Assembly: GCA_964106645.2 (NCBI GenBank)
Contig: OZ067050.1
From: Podarcis pityusensis
Lineage: Eukaryota
DNA length: 64,000 nucleotides
Direction: 5' to 3' (one strand)
The position numbers were made by a program, and so were the translations under genes. The notes under the pieces are model-generated. The model was given only the letters and a program-made list of their open reading frames with translations. It was not told where the DNA came from and made no database searches. Of the stretch, positions 37,418 through 51,084 are shown one piece after another; the first letter of the stretch is position 1; every line of letters starts with the position of its first letter.

Positions 37418-40032
37418 ATAAAACGGACATGCAGCAATTTATTCCACCTTCTGAATACTCATGCTGATTGACGAAGAGTGCTGTGATACCTGAAAGCTTG
37501 CACTCCCCTTAAAACTGCTGGCTGGCCCAGTAACAGTGTGTTGTTACTCCTCCTATACAATAGGAGCTAGGCGTGGGTGACTTTGGCTTTAGGGATCCTC
37601 TGCAAGGTGCTGACACTGCCTCCGAAATTGACTGTGTGGATATAGGCGGGGCCAGCTCAAGTCATTTTTTTGTGGCCTGAGGCAAAAACAGCTCATTGCT
37701 CCCTGTATCTCCAAGTCCTAAAGCAGAGTACCCAGGACTAGCCAAGTTATTTTGGCACCTGAAGCAGAAAATCTCACCCACATTTCCCTTCCCTGGTAGT
37801 ACAAGTACGGTATCTATAAATTAGCTGCCTGAGGCAGCTGCCTCCCTCTGCCTATTAGTCAGGTCAGCCCTGTATGTAGAGAAACCTCTCCTCCCTCCCT
37901 GGCCTGTGATACTGCTGTGCCCTCTGTGTGTGTAATGGCAGCCAGACACAGGCTAAAAGGGTGACTGTCCTAAGGAGGGTGAAATCCCTCGACCATAGCT
38001 GCAATACAGCTGCAGCTGAGGGGGGGCGGCGTAGGTGGTGTTTTGTACAGGGATCCCTCCGTCAGCTCCAAGCCGCAGACACCTCCGTCTCTAACCTTTC
38101 CCGACTCTTTGTCTGACTGCCGCAGTCTCTACCTGAGATGCCTTTATTAATTATAAGCCATCTCACCTTGCTTTCTGTGTCTCCCTCGCGGCATTCACAC
38201 CCCCACATCCTGCCAACCCGTTTACTTGTGCACCTTGTCCATCCATCCACCTATCCCTCCCTCCTTCCCCTCTTCTCTCTTGCTTTGTTATCCCCACACC
38301 TGCCCTCCCACTCTCTGTTATGTGTGTCTCGGTGAGGGTACCTGAGGGTGAAGTTTGTGTGCGGTTATTTCCGCTGTTTATGCACCCTTTGGGATAATTA
38401 GGGCTTTCTGTAAGATTGCTCTCCTATCTGTGCGTCCTGTGACAATTTCTTCAGGTGCATGCATTTGTAATAAAAGTGTGTGTGTATGAGTGAGTGAGAG
38501 AAAATCCTTATGTGCAGGGATTGCTTCATGTGTTATATAACTCCTTTCCCTATCTGTGTGTGGCTTCGCTTCGCACACCTCCTTTCAACTCCTTTTTTTA
38601 ACCTGGCTATAAAGATTTTGATCTTAGGTGTCTATAATTGTCGCTGGCACCTTTGCTGATCGTTTGTCAATGCTTTTCTGTGAGCCATTAGCATTTTGAG
38701 GTTCAGCATAATCCCTTGCAGTTTGTGGTGTGTGTGAGGAAGGGATGGGGGGGAATGAGTTTGGGGGCTGACAATTTCTGCTTTGTGTGAGTTTGTGATG
38801 GCGACAAATGTTATTTCAAGACGTTAGCGTACTTCTTTCGCTGATGATGGTTTTATGGCTTGCTTGGGAATGTTGTAATTATTTTCTGATGCCTGAGCAT
38901 GACTTCCCCTCTCCCTGGAGAATGGAGGAAACTGTGCCTTTGTAGTAATAAGCTGAGGTGCTTGGATTTGACTAATCTTGAGTTACTGCCAGGAGATTTT
39001 GTCATCGCTTTAGAGCATTTCTAATTGTGCAAGCACTGATAGTTCTGATTCGTTACCCGCCTTCACCCTCATTTCTAATATTTATGAGTCATAATAAAAC
39101 AGGCCTTTGAGGAAGGCTGCAACGTCTCCCATTTTACAGGCTAGAAAACCGAGCACAGAACGGCATGGTTTTAAACAAGCCGTCACCCAAGTCATTTCCC
39201 TCTTCTTGCACTGCAGTTTTGTTACTTTGGCGGTACTGTACCTTGTCTGTGTTTTTATTTTATGATTTTAATGCATTTTTTTATTAATCGTCGTCGTAAC
39301 ATTAAAGTGATTCCAGTCTGAGTTTTACCAGTTCACCGTCTTGGAGGAACTCCAGCCCAGGTTTTGTGCAAGAGCTCAGGAGTCCTAGAGATTAATTAGG
39401 CCCTGAGGCACTTTGAGGAGAATGAGATTTCTGGTGGGCTTTTCCTCCTACCTCATGTGTGTTGGAGGTTGTTCTCATAAAAGTGACCTCCTACAGTTGT
39501 GGCAGTTTTGTAACCTGCCTTGGGGCCACTTCTGGTGGTGCCTGTAAGCACAAATAATAAAGGATAAATCTATAATAAACAAGTACTGGACATATACTTG
39601 CATTGGCTGCCAGTAGTCAGCTGTAGGGTATGCGAAGTAAGGAAGAAATATGAGAGCACCTTTAAGCATGCATGGAATGCCTTTCCTTCATTAGCGAAGA
39701 GACACCAAAATCTGCCACACATCTAGGATGAAAAGGCGAGATTTCCAGAGTGTGGGATGTTTCAGAAAGTAGGCACAGTAATGTGCAGGTTGCTCCGTTT
39801 TGTGATACGATGAGTCGCCGTATTATTCACAACCTCTCTCTTCCTCTCTTTTTGTACTGGCATGAATGCAGCAGCAGCAGCATAACTGAATGTGAAATAT
39901 TTGAGGTGAAAAACAGTCAATACCTGCTTAATCTCTTGAATCAACCATGGAGAGGAACACAGTGTCGGAAAAGGCTATTTCACCCAGCTATTTCCGTGCC
40001 AGGGAGGACTGAAGGCTTGATACTTTCTTATA

Positions 40033-40389
40033 AAAGGTCAAGGTAAAGGGACCCCTGACCATTAGGTCCAGTCGTGACCGACTCTGGGGTTGCGGCGCTC
40101 ATCTTGCTTTATTGGCCGAGGGAGCCGGTGTACAGCTTCCGGGTCATGTGGCCAGCCTGACTAAGCCGCTTCTGGCGAACCAGAGCAGCACACGGAAACG
40201 CCGTTTACTTTTCTGCCGGAGCGGTACCTATTTATCTACTTGCACTTTGCTGTGCTTTCGAACTGCTAGGTTGGCAGGAGCAGGGACCGAGTAACAGGAG
40301 CTCACCCCGTCGCAGGGATTCGAACCGCCAACCTTCTGATCGGCAAATCCTAGGCTCTGTGGTTTAATCCACAGCGCCACCCGCGTCCC
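40033..40389 (-). mobile_element. Sauria SINE, full length
   Basis: Reverse copy ending CACCCGCGTCCC; CTTATA flanks. Confidence 0.92.
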
Positions 40390-40479
40390 TTATAGAGCTG
40401 TCTAAATGGCCTCTTTCAACCATCGAGGTGGGCAGGTGGAGGGACTCAGGGGTAGACTACATTTCTGAGATTCTGTGAT

Positions 40480-40955
40480 CCAGTGGTTGTAGAGTTGGAA
40501 GGGACCCCGAGGGTCATCTAGTCCAACATCCTGCAATGCAGGAATCTCAGCTCTAGCATCCAAGACAAATGGTCATCCAGCCACTGCTTAAAAACCACCA
40601 AGGAAGGAGAGTCCACAACCTCCCGAGGGAGACCATTCCACTGTGGAACAGCTCTTACTGTCAGAAAGTTCTTCCTGATGTTTAATCAGAATCTCCTTTC
40701 TTGAAACTTGAAGCCATTGGTTCGAGCGAGTCCTACCCTCCAGAACAGGAGAGAACAAGCTTGCTCCATCTTTCATGTGACAGCCCTTAAGATATTCGAA
40801 GATGGCCATCATGATCTCCTCTCTGTTGCCTCTTTTCCAGGCTAAACATACCCAGCTCCTTCAACTGTTCCTCATAAGGCTTGGTTTCTGGACCCTTGAT
40901 CACCTTGATTGCTCTCCTCTGCACACGTTCCAGCTTGCCAATATCCTTCCTAAAT
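40480..40955 (-). mobile_element. CR1 LINE 3' fragment
   Basis: ORF remnant [12 protein letters not shown]...SLFSPVLEGRTRSN and the CR1 3' UTR (gggacc...gggtcatctagtccaac). Confidence 0.88.
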
Positions 40956-41518
40956 AGCAAGTTAATGTCAAAGTGCCGCTGGCTTAATGAGTGAACTCAA
41001 CAACAGTGTTGGTTTGTCTCGGTAAATTCTGTGGTAAATTGCTGCTGGGAATACATTTGTAGCTCTCTTGGGAATCCTAGTCATAAGAAATCTTATCCAT
41101 CCATCCATCCATCCGTCTCCACCCTTGTCTCCCCTTCTTCCATCTTAGCAACAGCACATTGATCTCAATCTTGTATAAACAGCTGGGTTACCTTAAGGGC
41201 AAAAGAAATATTGGCAGATGCTGACGAAAACAAAGAGTTCTGCGCGTGGGGTGATTTCCACCCCTCAAATAGATGAAAACTTCTCAGCAATAAAGACTGA
41301 AGAATAACAGGTTGCTCTAAAGCAAAAAGGCTGGCAACCAAGATCTCTGGGGGTTCTGGGAGAGGAATAGGGCTTAGCGGATTTGAGAGGTGGGGGTACA
41401 TGTGCAGGCTGGGGTGGGTGGGAAAGTTGTAGAAACTTTCTATTCTGCCTTTTCTACTGCAAAGGGACCCCCAAACCAGCTTTCAGATTGAAAGCGGAAA
41501 CTTTCAATAAAACAATCA

Positions 41519-41855
41519 CAGATCCTCCAAGTGTCCCTGTTTTCCAGGGACGTCTCTGATTTGGAGCAGCCGTCTTGGTTTCTGATTTGATCCCAGAATG
41601 TCTTACTTTTCCTTAGGTTGTCCCTATTTTCATTGGAGAAATGTTGGAGGTAAGGAGTTATCTGACCCTGAGCCATCTGAAGGCAATAGGGAAGCTTTTT
41701 AAAATGTTTATTATGATGTTTTTATATATGTTGGAAGCTGCCCAGAGTGGCTGGGGCAACTGAATAAGATGTGTGTGGAGCGGGGTATAAATAGTAAAAT
41801 TATCATTATGGAATGGTACATCCCTCTTCTCATCGGATAAATGTTGGAGGGTATG
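41519..41855. mobile_element. Composite DNA-transposon-like element with an internal L2 tail, copy 1
   Basis: Termini CAGATCCTCCAA / TTGGAGGGTATG; CAATCA repeated on both flanks; same layout as 46124-46637. Confidence 0.65.
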
Positions 41856-41857
41856 CA

Positions 41858-42035
41858 ATCATAGAATTGTAGAGTTGGAAGGGACCCGAGGGTCATCTAG
41901 TCCAACCCCCTGCAATGCAGGGATCTCAGCTAGATCATACATGACAGATGGTCACCCAACCTCTGCTTAAAACCTCCAAGGAAGGAGTCCATCACCTTCT
42001 GCGGGAATCTGCTCCACTGTCAAACAGCTTCCTGA
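41858..42035 (-). mobile_element. Short CR1 3' end
   Basis: atcatagaattgtagagttggaagggacc...ctagtccaacccc. Confidence 0.8.
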
Positions 42036-42228
42036 GGTTTAATGTGATAAAAACAACTAATATGCACCAGTTAAATTATCATATTCCTTGATGTGCTGAA
42101 TTAATGAATTACGTGAGGAAATAAGAGAGATACTGGGTCCTATCTACCCTCCCAGTTCTATATATAAGGAGATGGACAGACTTTGGTTACGGAGGAAGTG
42201 CACTCTGCACAAGCTCCAAGCTATTACA

Positions 42229-42664
42229 GGTAAGTAGTGGGTGGACATAGCAGGCGACACAGAGATTTCTCCAAGTAGTTCTTTATAAGTAAGCTGGAAC
42301 TGAACTGAACTGAACAGCTCAGCCGGCTGTCAACATTGTAGCAACAACAACCCAGGGTTTCCCGCCTAAAATAACTGACGTGGACCTGAGTGAAAGCTAT
42401 ATACAGTGGTACCTCGGGTTACATACGCTTCAGGTTACACACTCCGCTAACCCATAAATAGTGCTTCAGGTTAAGAACTTTGCTTCAGGATGAGAACAGA
42501 AATTGTGCTCCAGCGGCGCGGCAGCAGCAGGAGGCCCCATTAGCTAAAGTGGTGCTTCAGTTTCAGGTTAAGTACGGACCTCTGGAACGAATTAAGTACT
42601 TAACCCGAGGTACCACTGTACACAATACCCCTGGTGGCCAGGGTGAGAACTTCAATACATAACA
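42229..42664 (-). mobile_element. Solo-LTR-like repeat, copy 1, interrupted by a MITE
   Basis: - strand begins TGTTATGTATTGAAGTTCTCACCCTGG; homologous to 59798-60062. Confidence 0.55.
42404..42618 (+). mobile_element. Tc1/mariner-type MITE, copy 4 (nested)
   Basis: Perfect TIR, TA TSD. Confidence 0.9.
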
Positions 42665-44913
42665 CCGCGACTCTTTTCTTCCTTGTCCGCTTAACTTTTC
42701 TCTGACCTGTTGCATGCTGACGTGACCCCCATCTCAGATGAACTCGTGGAATCAAGGCTTCAAAGCAGAGAGGGGAAAGGAAAGAACAGTAGTAATTAAT
42801 AATAAAATATCCAGCTCCTTAGAAGACAGCTGGGATATAAGTGTTATACAGTATGAAGAGATCTATTCAACCTGCCTCCAAGGAGCTGAAAGTGGCAAAC
42901 ATGGTTCTCCTCATCTCCATTTTGTCCCCACAACAAGCCTGTGAGGTAGTTAAGCTGAGAGACAGTAACTGGGCCAAGGTCACTCAGGGAGAAGGGATCT
43001 GAACCGTGGTCTCTCAGGTCCTAGCGCTCTGACCACCCCACCTCCTGGATCATCAGTGCTATAAAGTTTCACCGTGCTCATTATTTTGAGAGGCCCCTGA
43101 TTTAAAGAACATGTTCAGCTTTAGACAAACCAAAAAGGAATCTTGTGGCATCTTACATATTAATGGACTTATAAATATTAACAGGTTTGCACAGAGAGGG
43201 CTCTGGTCCATGGAAGCTGATGCCATAATAAATCCATTTGTCTTCCAAGGGGATGTTCACATTAATGGCATAAAATGCAGTGAGGTCAGCCCCCTTCTGC
43301 TGCGTTTCAAGCTGCATTTTGCAGGAATGACTTCCCTTGATGGTGCGTGGACATTTTGATTTCCCTGGCCCTGCAATCCCACCTCCGCCGCCCTTGGAAC
43401 TGCTATTCATGAGGCTGCCACATTACTGCTTACCCCACATCCAGATTTTGTTGTTGGATTGAAGCTGGATGGAGTAAGAAACTCGCTGCAGAGCAGTATT
43501 TAACAAAAAACAACAGGATCCATCTGGATTGTGGCTAACATCCTGTGAATGCGGCTTCAGAAACCAGCAGCAGCAGCGCATTGCATGCAGAGTAAGCAGT
43601 AACGTGAACATAACCTAAGTTACCACAAGACACATTTTCCTCCATTCAGATTTAAGGATATCAAACAAAACAGAATTTTTCCAGAGGATGGCAATGAAGA
43701 CACTGGAGGCAGGTATAAACAAGGGAAGAGTATGTGTTTATTTCAGTGACAGAAATAGAGGCTTTCTTTTAAACTCTGGTTTTCAGCTGGTGGGTCTGTG
43801 TACCCCAGAGTGGGTTGTGTCCTGGCCTCACACCATTCATTCATTCATTCCATCACTATTTTTTTCTTTTATGGTTTTTTAAAAACATGTTAAAAGGGAT
43901 GAACAAGGCCTAAGAAGGAAAGCATAGGAAAAAGAAGAAGGTGTATATACACTATATACATTATACACACAAACAAACCAGAGAAGATCTGATTTATATG
44001 GTGGGAAATGAAAGCTGGAATCCTGCAACCCAATGAACTCACTGGGACTTTCCCCCAAGTAAACTCGCATCAGGCTGAATCAGGATCCCATGGTCTGAGC
44101 AAGCTCAATACTGTATTTCTATCTAAAGAGATGGGCTTTTCTTTTTGCCTCCCTTTCTCCTTTTCCTGCAGAGTAGCAAAGGTCTGGCACTTGGCACCAA
44201 CTACGTGGCTCATAGCTCACCGCAAGTTGGATGCTGTGTGGCAAAAAGGTGTGGGTGGGAGATCAAGCAGCTCAGCCCTTGGGTATGTCACGAAACGCAA
44301 AGCATCGCAGCTGGGATTGTGCAGACAGCTGTGTTTTCGCTGGTGGCAGATGGTGGGGGACCCAGGCTGGTGGCAAAGAGTGGGAGTGAGGAGAGGAAGA
44401 AATACCTTTCTCAAACAACTGGTCCAGCCATGTTTGCAGTCATGTACAACTGTACGGATGGGGGCTGTGCATTATTCTGTGCCTTGACGCAAGCAAAAGA
44501 AAAGTTCAAAATGTAGTATCCCGAGAAGTGTCTCTTTCATTAAAAATAAATCAAGTTTCTAGCCTTTTCAAGGCTTCAAAGGGTGGCTTCAAAGTGTGTG
44601 GCAATGTCAGGGATTGGGGCTGGTTTGGGGCTGGTTTTCAATGCCAAAGTACATTCAAGATGGGAATGCCTCTGACTGTGTTCAGACTGCCTTCCCCTCA
44701 CACCTTCTTGGTTAAAAAAATCAGCATTTTCTCAGAATTTCTCAGAATGCTGTCAAGAGAATGCAGGGCAAAAGCTTTCTGCTGCTCCCTCTGATTATCA
44801 GAAGAAGAAGAAATTATGCCCTCATGTCCTGCATATGTAAATTTGTTTATTCCCTAATAAACATTATTCCATAATGCCCCAGAATGACTGAGGCAACCCA
44901 GTCAGATGGGTGG

Positions 44914-44958
44914 ACAACAACAACAGCAGCAGCAGCAGCAGCAGCAACAACAACAACA
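44914..44958. repeat. (CAA)n(CAG)n(CAA)n trinucleotide repeat following an L2-tail relic
   Basis: Seen directly; preceded by gaggcaacccagtcagatggg. Confidence 0.85.
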
Positions 44959-46123
44959 TATAGATTTGAGAAATCCAGACTTCTATACCATAGAAACTGC
45001 ACATAAAGCTGTGACTATAGGGAAGGATGGGCAAGGATAGACAGACTGCAAGAAGGTATATGAATCTGTGAGCAGCACAACATACATTCTACTCCTTTTG
45101 AGTTTGTGAATCCCTACATAAATTTGAAGATATGAAGCTGCCTTGTACTGGATCAGGCCGCTTGCCTGTCTAGCCCTGTCTGCTTTGATTGCCAGTTGTT
45201 CTCTAGGTCATCTGACATCCCCACCACCTGCTGCTGGACCCTTTTAACCTTTATATCCCAAAGCATCTGGGAGCAGCAGCGGAATGAAGGTCAATACACG
45301 AAAGGTTACTCCTGACAAGATGGAGGCGTTGTTGGTGTCTGGCTCTCGTGGAATGGTCAGCTGGTGTTTGCCCTCCCCAAGGTGGGGTTGCAGCCCGACT
45401 TTGATCACATTCACAATTTAGGAGTTCTCATAAATCCATCTTTGTCCCTGAAAGCCTAAATAGCCTCAGTAGCTTAGTCTGGTGTGCCGAGTTCCGCCTG
45501 TCCTAGACACAGATAATCCAGCCAGGGCCATCCATGCTCTGATAACCCTGAAGTTAGACATCTGCAACACAATTCACTCTTATTGGAAAGCACTTTTGTC
45601 AGAGGGCATTTGGGGACTTGCGGCTATTCCTGGTATTTGAAGGTATTGGTTTTTCTGGCTTTTGTCGGCCTCTGGTTTTGAATGGGGGTTTTCCTTTTTC
45701 TGTTTTGTCTGGTTGTTGCCCATGTGGTAATGCAGTTCTTGGGCTGAAAAGGCTTCCTTGCCCCTGCTCAAGATATCACAATGGCAGACCAGTGGCAGAC
45801 TAGCTGCTTGGGCGCCCAGTGCATGGGGGGTGGGGCGAGGTGCCTTCGGGGCGGGGTGGGCCAGGGCGTGCCAGAATCCCAGTGCCCAAGCCTCTTTCTG
45901 CTCCAGCGCCCTGCAGCCCCACGTTGCTTTTTTGAGCAGCGCAAAGCCTACAGGGTGTCAGCCAACCGCCCCCCTCTCAGCTATAGAGCATTTCGGGCAG
46001 CGCAGAGCCGGCAGGCGCCTGAGCTACTGCGTCACTCCCAGGAGACATGTGTGGCTCGGGCGCAGTGTCACCCCCCCGCACTGTGGCACCCAACGCCCAC
46101 CCCCACCCCAGCTACACCTCTGG

Positions 46124-46555
46124 CAGACCCTCTAAGTGTCCCTATTTTCCAGGGACAGTCGTGAATTTACAGAAGCTGTCCCGGTTTCTGATTTGATCCC
46201 AGAATGTCCTGCTTTTCCTTAAATGTAAAGGACCCCTGACAGTTAAGTCCAGTCGCAGACGACTCTGCGGTTGTGGCGCTCATCTCGCTTCAGGCCGAGG
46301 GAGCTGGCGTTTGTCCACAGACAGCTTTCCGGGTCATGTGGCCAGCAGGACTAAGCCGCTTCTGGCGAAGCCAGAGCAGCACACGGAAATGCCGTTTCCT
46401 TAGGATGTCCCTATTTTCATTGGAGACAGGTTGGAGGGTATTGTGACCCTGCATAGGGAAGTTTTTTTAATGATTAATGTTTGATTATGTTTTTATATAT
46501 GTTGGAAGCTACCCAGAGTAGTTGAGGCAACCCAGTCAGATGAGTGGTGTATAAA

Positions 46556-46592
<37 letters not shown>

Positions 46593-46637
46593 GAATAGGA
46601 TGTTCCTATTTTCGTCAGAGAAATGTTGGAGGGTATG
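46124..46637. mobile_element. Composite DNA-transposon-like element with an internal L2 tail, copy 2, also holding a Sauria SINE 3' half at about 46222-46394
   Basis: Termini CAGACCCTCTAA / TTGGAGGGTATG; the SINE piece is flanked by TTTCCTTA repeats. Confidence 0.65.
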
Positions 46638-49600
46638 CGATGGCAGCATGGGTCCTTTTTTTCCATAATTGCGTCCTGAGGCACTGCCGTAACATTTACA
46701 GGCCCTGTCACCACCTGGATGGGGCTGGCTCAGGTGGGCCTTGGTGCTCAGTTCTTGCCTGCCTGGCTGCTGTCAGGGACTCGCCTCACCTTTTAACATT
46801 ACAGCACCGCTCTGGGATGAACCCACCAAAGTTTCTCCCAAGCCACAGCTTCTGCATCCGAGAGGGTTTTCTGAAAAGATTGGACAAATTCATGGCGGAC
46901 CAGTCAATAGTTGGCTATTAGCAGTGGCAGGGGTGTTTGGGGCTACAACAAAACGTTAAAGTGTGAAGTGCTGTCATTTGGGATCCCTGCCGTTTTATTC
47001 AATTCCGGTTTCTCTCCCCTCACAACTGTCAGTCAGTAATGTGTCATACTCAGCACTTGGCTCAGCACTTGGCTGTTTGATCCCTTCCTTGTGTGTGTTT
47101 GTGTGGCGCCATTTTGGGTACATAAGTAACAATCTCTATCTCTCTCTCTCTCCTTGGAATCTTTTTGTGTTACTGGCTTTATTGCTGTGTGAGTGTAACC
47201 AGCAGGTCCGTGTTGTTGTGTGGTGTACGGTGGGCAAGAAAACAATTGTTGCTCTGTGCTCAGAGCAGGATTCTGACCCTTTCTTCTCTCACTCTTCGAT
47301 TTGCTCACTTTCCTTGTCAACTGGTAGCCAGGAAACTAGTCAAGTGTCAGAAGAATTGCATTTATTTTGGAAGGTGTGCCAGTCATTCTGCCCCTCGGGG
47401 ACTTCCGAGGAAACAGGTTTTCTGTTTGAAGGTGAAGCTGTCTCAAATTCAGGATATGGCCCATATCCCAGAACCCAGAACCTTTTCAATTATAGATTGA
47501 ACTTTCTGTTTCTTCCCTCTCTCTGGGCTTCTGTGCTACAAGTCCAGTAATTGGGGGAAAAGGCCTAACAATCCCTCACTGTCTTTGAATCACCAAAGCC
47601 TATTATTCCCTTCCCCTTTTGAAAACATTTGTCTTTCATTAGTATACTGTCTTAAGAAGCTGAAAGCAAAATCCATATTTTATTTTTGCTTCTGAGAATG
47701 TTGTGGAATCAGATGAGCTTTCCAGCTTGTTTTCTCATCCTTTTAAATTATCTCATATTTCTTATGCACACGCACAACCTTGGGGGATTCTGTTTTCTTA
47801 CTTGCTTTTCTTTTGTAACCATGATTACATTTTTAATTGCACTGCTTTCTTAGTCCTTGGCTCCTTAGTCCCTCAAATGTTCTTAGGTGGGGGTTTTTTT
47901 GTTTCCCTTTCTTCAGGAGCACATATTATGTTGAGGGATTTATTGGGCACGGCACGGTGGGGGATGACTGGATAAACGGACCATGTTGTTCCCCAGAGTT
48001 GCCAGAAGGAGCACCCCAGACCCTGAGAGTTCAGGGTTCAAATCTGAGACCTTAGAATAAACCCTGGTGATGTGCTGATTTTTCCCTCTACATTTCTACC
48101 CACCACTAAGCTCAGGAGACGGAGGTTAATTGGGAGAGGAAAGGAGGGATCTGAGGAAGGTAGACCCTCTAGAGCAGACTTTCTCAACCCAGATGTTCTC
48201 TGGGTTCCCTCTACAACTCCCATCACTAAGCCCTGCTGCCTCTTCAGCTTCCAACACCTCCTCCTCTCAGTCTGCTCCATCTTCTCCCTCTGACCCCTCA
48301 TTGTCATCCCACCACTACTCCCTGAGCTCTGAGCCATCTTCCCTTGGGTTCCCCAGCTGGCAAGAGGGCAACGCCTCCCCCTCCCACATACATCCTAAAG
48401 ACTGAGTCTGCTCTGTAGAATGCCAACTGGAAAATAGTAATGGAGCATGGGAGGTTGGGGGTGGAACAGGAGTGGAATGCTCTGCTTAGATTCTGACAAA
48501 ATCCTGAACAGCACCATTCCTTTTAGCATCACAATTTTGTTGCTGGCCCCACTTGTATGTCTGGTTTCCACCTCTCTGAAACAAACAGCAGGGGATGTCT
48601 GCCTATCGTGATCTACTTGTGATCTTCCATGGAGACAAATTATTAGTGAGGCGGTGTTGCAGTAGAGAGAGTTTTGATCCAATCCAGCCAAGATGAAGGG
48701 CATTTTTGGATAGTGCTGTTTCTTTCCTCCAAACAAACACCTTTTCCTATCCCATGGTGAGCACTAACCAACCACAACAAACAACCGTTCTGCAGGTTCT
48801 CACTATGGTCCAGTTTGAACTGGGTAAAGGACACCTGTGGTAAGCGTCTGTTGTCTGGTTCCAGTGATATTGCCCTGAACACTTCCAGCCCTCTGATACC
48901 TTAAGCAATTTTGCAACTGTCCTTAAAATATTTGCACTTTATTTCTTCGGTAAACTGAAGGCTCAATCTATATATAAATCAAAATTCATGTGCCAGTCTG
49001 CAGAAGAAAATAAAAAGACAGCCTGCCTGATTCATGAGATGTTAATACAAGGTTGACAACCTCCTTGATAAGGAACTGTCTCACTGATCCAGCATTTGAC
49101 TTACTGATATGCATGCTTGTAACACAGAGTTTGAAGCAGGGTTCACGTTGTGGGTGAGGAAACTGTCTTAGTGCTTATCTTGACCCCAAGAGAGTTCTTA
49201 CACTTTGTGGCACTATGGCGGTGGGTGAGGGGTCCCTGATACAGAGACATGACTTAAACATTTGAGGGATAAGAAGCAGTCTTGAAGCTTTGCGATAAAG
49301 AGCGCTTGCATTCTGTGAGGCTGTGATTATTAGAAAGGAAGCACATGTCATAGTCACTAGCAAAATACTTCCAGTCCCTAAAGCAATGAATCTGAAACAT
49401 AATTTACTCATTTCAAGCAAAACAAAGAAGACCCCTTGTTGTTTATTTGTTTGATAGGTAGGTTGACAACGATTAGCTGTTGGGTAACTGTCCTGGCCAG
49501 TGGAGTTTCTCCATCTACAGTACCAGATTTCCAGTGACCCTTGAATTCATCCCAGAGAAGGCCAATTTCTGTGAGGCCTTCAAGTATCTTGAATATATAT

Positions 49601-50572
49601 GTGTATATTTAGGTATTTGTGCTTCTTGAATTTTTATATTTCAGGTTGTATGGAACTTTGTGCCTCAATAACACAGATTCCTCAGTGGGACACTTTTCTG
49701 CTGCTGCCGTCTCTTAGAATGCCTTTAAAGCCTTCTTGTGGCCTACTAGGATAGCCTTAGGCATGGATTTGACAACAGAATGAACTAGTAACTGTGCTTG
49801 TTTATTAAATGGATATAATGCATATTAAGGGATTCTGATATTTACCCTGGGTTCTTAAGTGTGCTTGATAACAGTTCCCCAAAAACTCTGATCCCAAAGT
49901 TCCTTCACTTGTACTTCCGGCTGCTTGAGCATTTTAGCTGATTTTTTTGTTTAACTTTGTGCAAGTTTCTTCGGGTGAAGCCTTTACACCAGGCAGCTTC
50001 TTTGCCTAATCCAGCCACAGGCTCCCTTCTTCTGATCTTCACCATCAAAGCAATGTGAATGCAGTGGGGACGAATAGTTTAATATTCAGGCCTCAGCTAT
50101 TCACTTTCACCTCGGCTTCCTCTGGTCTTTGCCTCACCCCTCCTTGATCAAACTGCCTTTCCCCCAATCTCTACGGACAGTTATTTCTCTTCGCGGATCT
50201 TTCTTCACTGACTAGACCTTCCAGCCCAATACCCTCTGTTGTTTCCCAGACCAAACACAACTTTAGTCTCTGGCCCTTATTTCAGCTCTGGAGATGGGAG
50301 AGTACCTTCCTAAGTCTAGATTAGTGGGCATGGAGCAGCCTGCATGGCACACAGCTCTGCCGCTCTCTCCTACCCATGTACCTGCTGCCTGACAGAGCCG
50401 CCTCATTCTGCCTAATGGTAGAGCCGGCTCTGATAATGTCCAATGCTTGTTGGAAGCTATTCACTTTAGCTTTCTGACCGTGGGATTGTTGCTACAGCAG
50501 TCAAGTACAACATTTCCCTGTTCCCTATTATGGATACACAGGGGAATGTGGCTCCAGAAAGGGAGGACATTC

Positions 50573-51084
50573 TGTCATATCTGCTCTGGAGCTTCCTCCC
50601 CCTGTGTGTCACCAGGTAGATGGGCATGACCCTAGCTGACCAGATAAAAGGGCCATCTGTCTCTTGGACTCTTACTCTCTTGCTCTCCTGGCTCTCAGCC
50701 AGTGCATGGCTCAACCTTCACATAGGATGGAGCCCACAAGCAGAAAGTCTGAGATTTCTTTTCACTGTAGCTCAGACTTCTTTTCACCGTAACCACAAGA
50801 TAAAGCCTGCCTTCAGATTACTGCTGTGAACTGAATGTGAGTAAAACTTTATTCTTACTTTTAAAGAAGACTGTGCTGTGTTGTTATTATTTTAAGATGG
50901 AAATAAAGGGGACACTTACCAGAAACAAGCCAGACTGGACAAGCCAGACTGGATTGCTTAATTAAAGGATTCATCAACTTGCTTCCAATAAGTTGCGAAG
51001 GGAATGTGCTCTGCTGTTTACTCACTAGCACGAATGAAGAGGGATAATATCAAAACAATATATCCTCTCCTACCTTCCTTAACA
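50573..51084 (+). mobile_element. Possible solo LTR
   Basis: TG...TAACA ends, GATAAAAGG TATA-like box and AGTAAA-type poly(A) signal in LTR order; no second copy in the window. Confidence 0.35.

Noticed and set aside
44172-44281. Strong polypyrimidine acceptor with open frames downstream
   Set aside because: No recognisable protein in any frame and only weak donors; unsupported without RNA data.
44914-44958. Polyglutamine-coding repeat
   Set aside because: No splice context or ORF support; it sits at the tail position of an L2 relic.
45790-46123. CpG-rich patch resembling a promoter
   Set aside because: It begins CAGTGGC and carries GGCGCCC and GTGTCACCCCCC blocks typical of hAT-like non-autonomous elements; it is more likely TE-derived.
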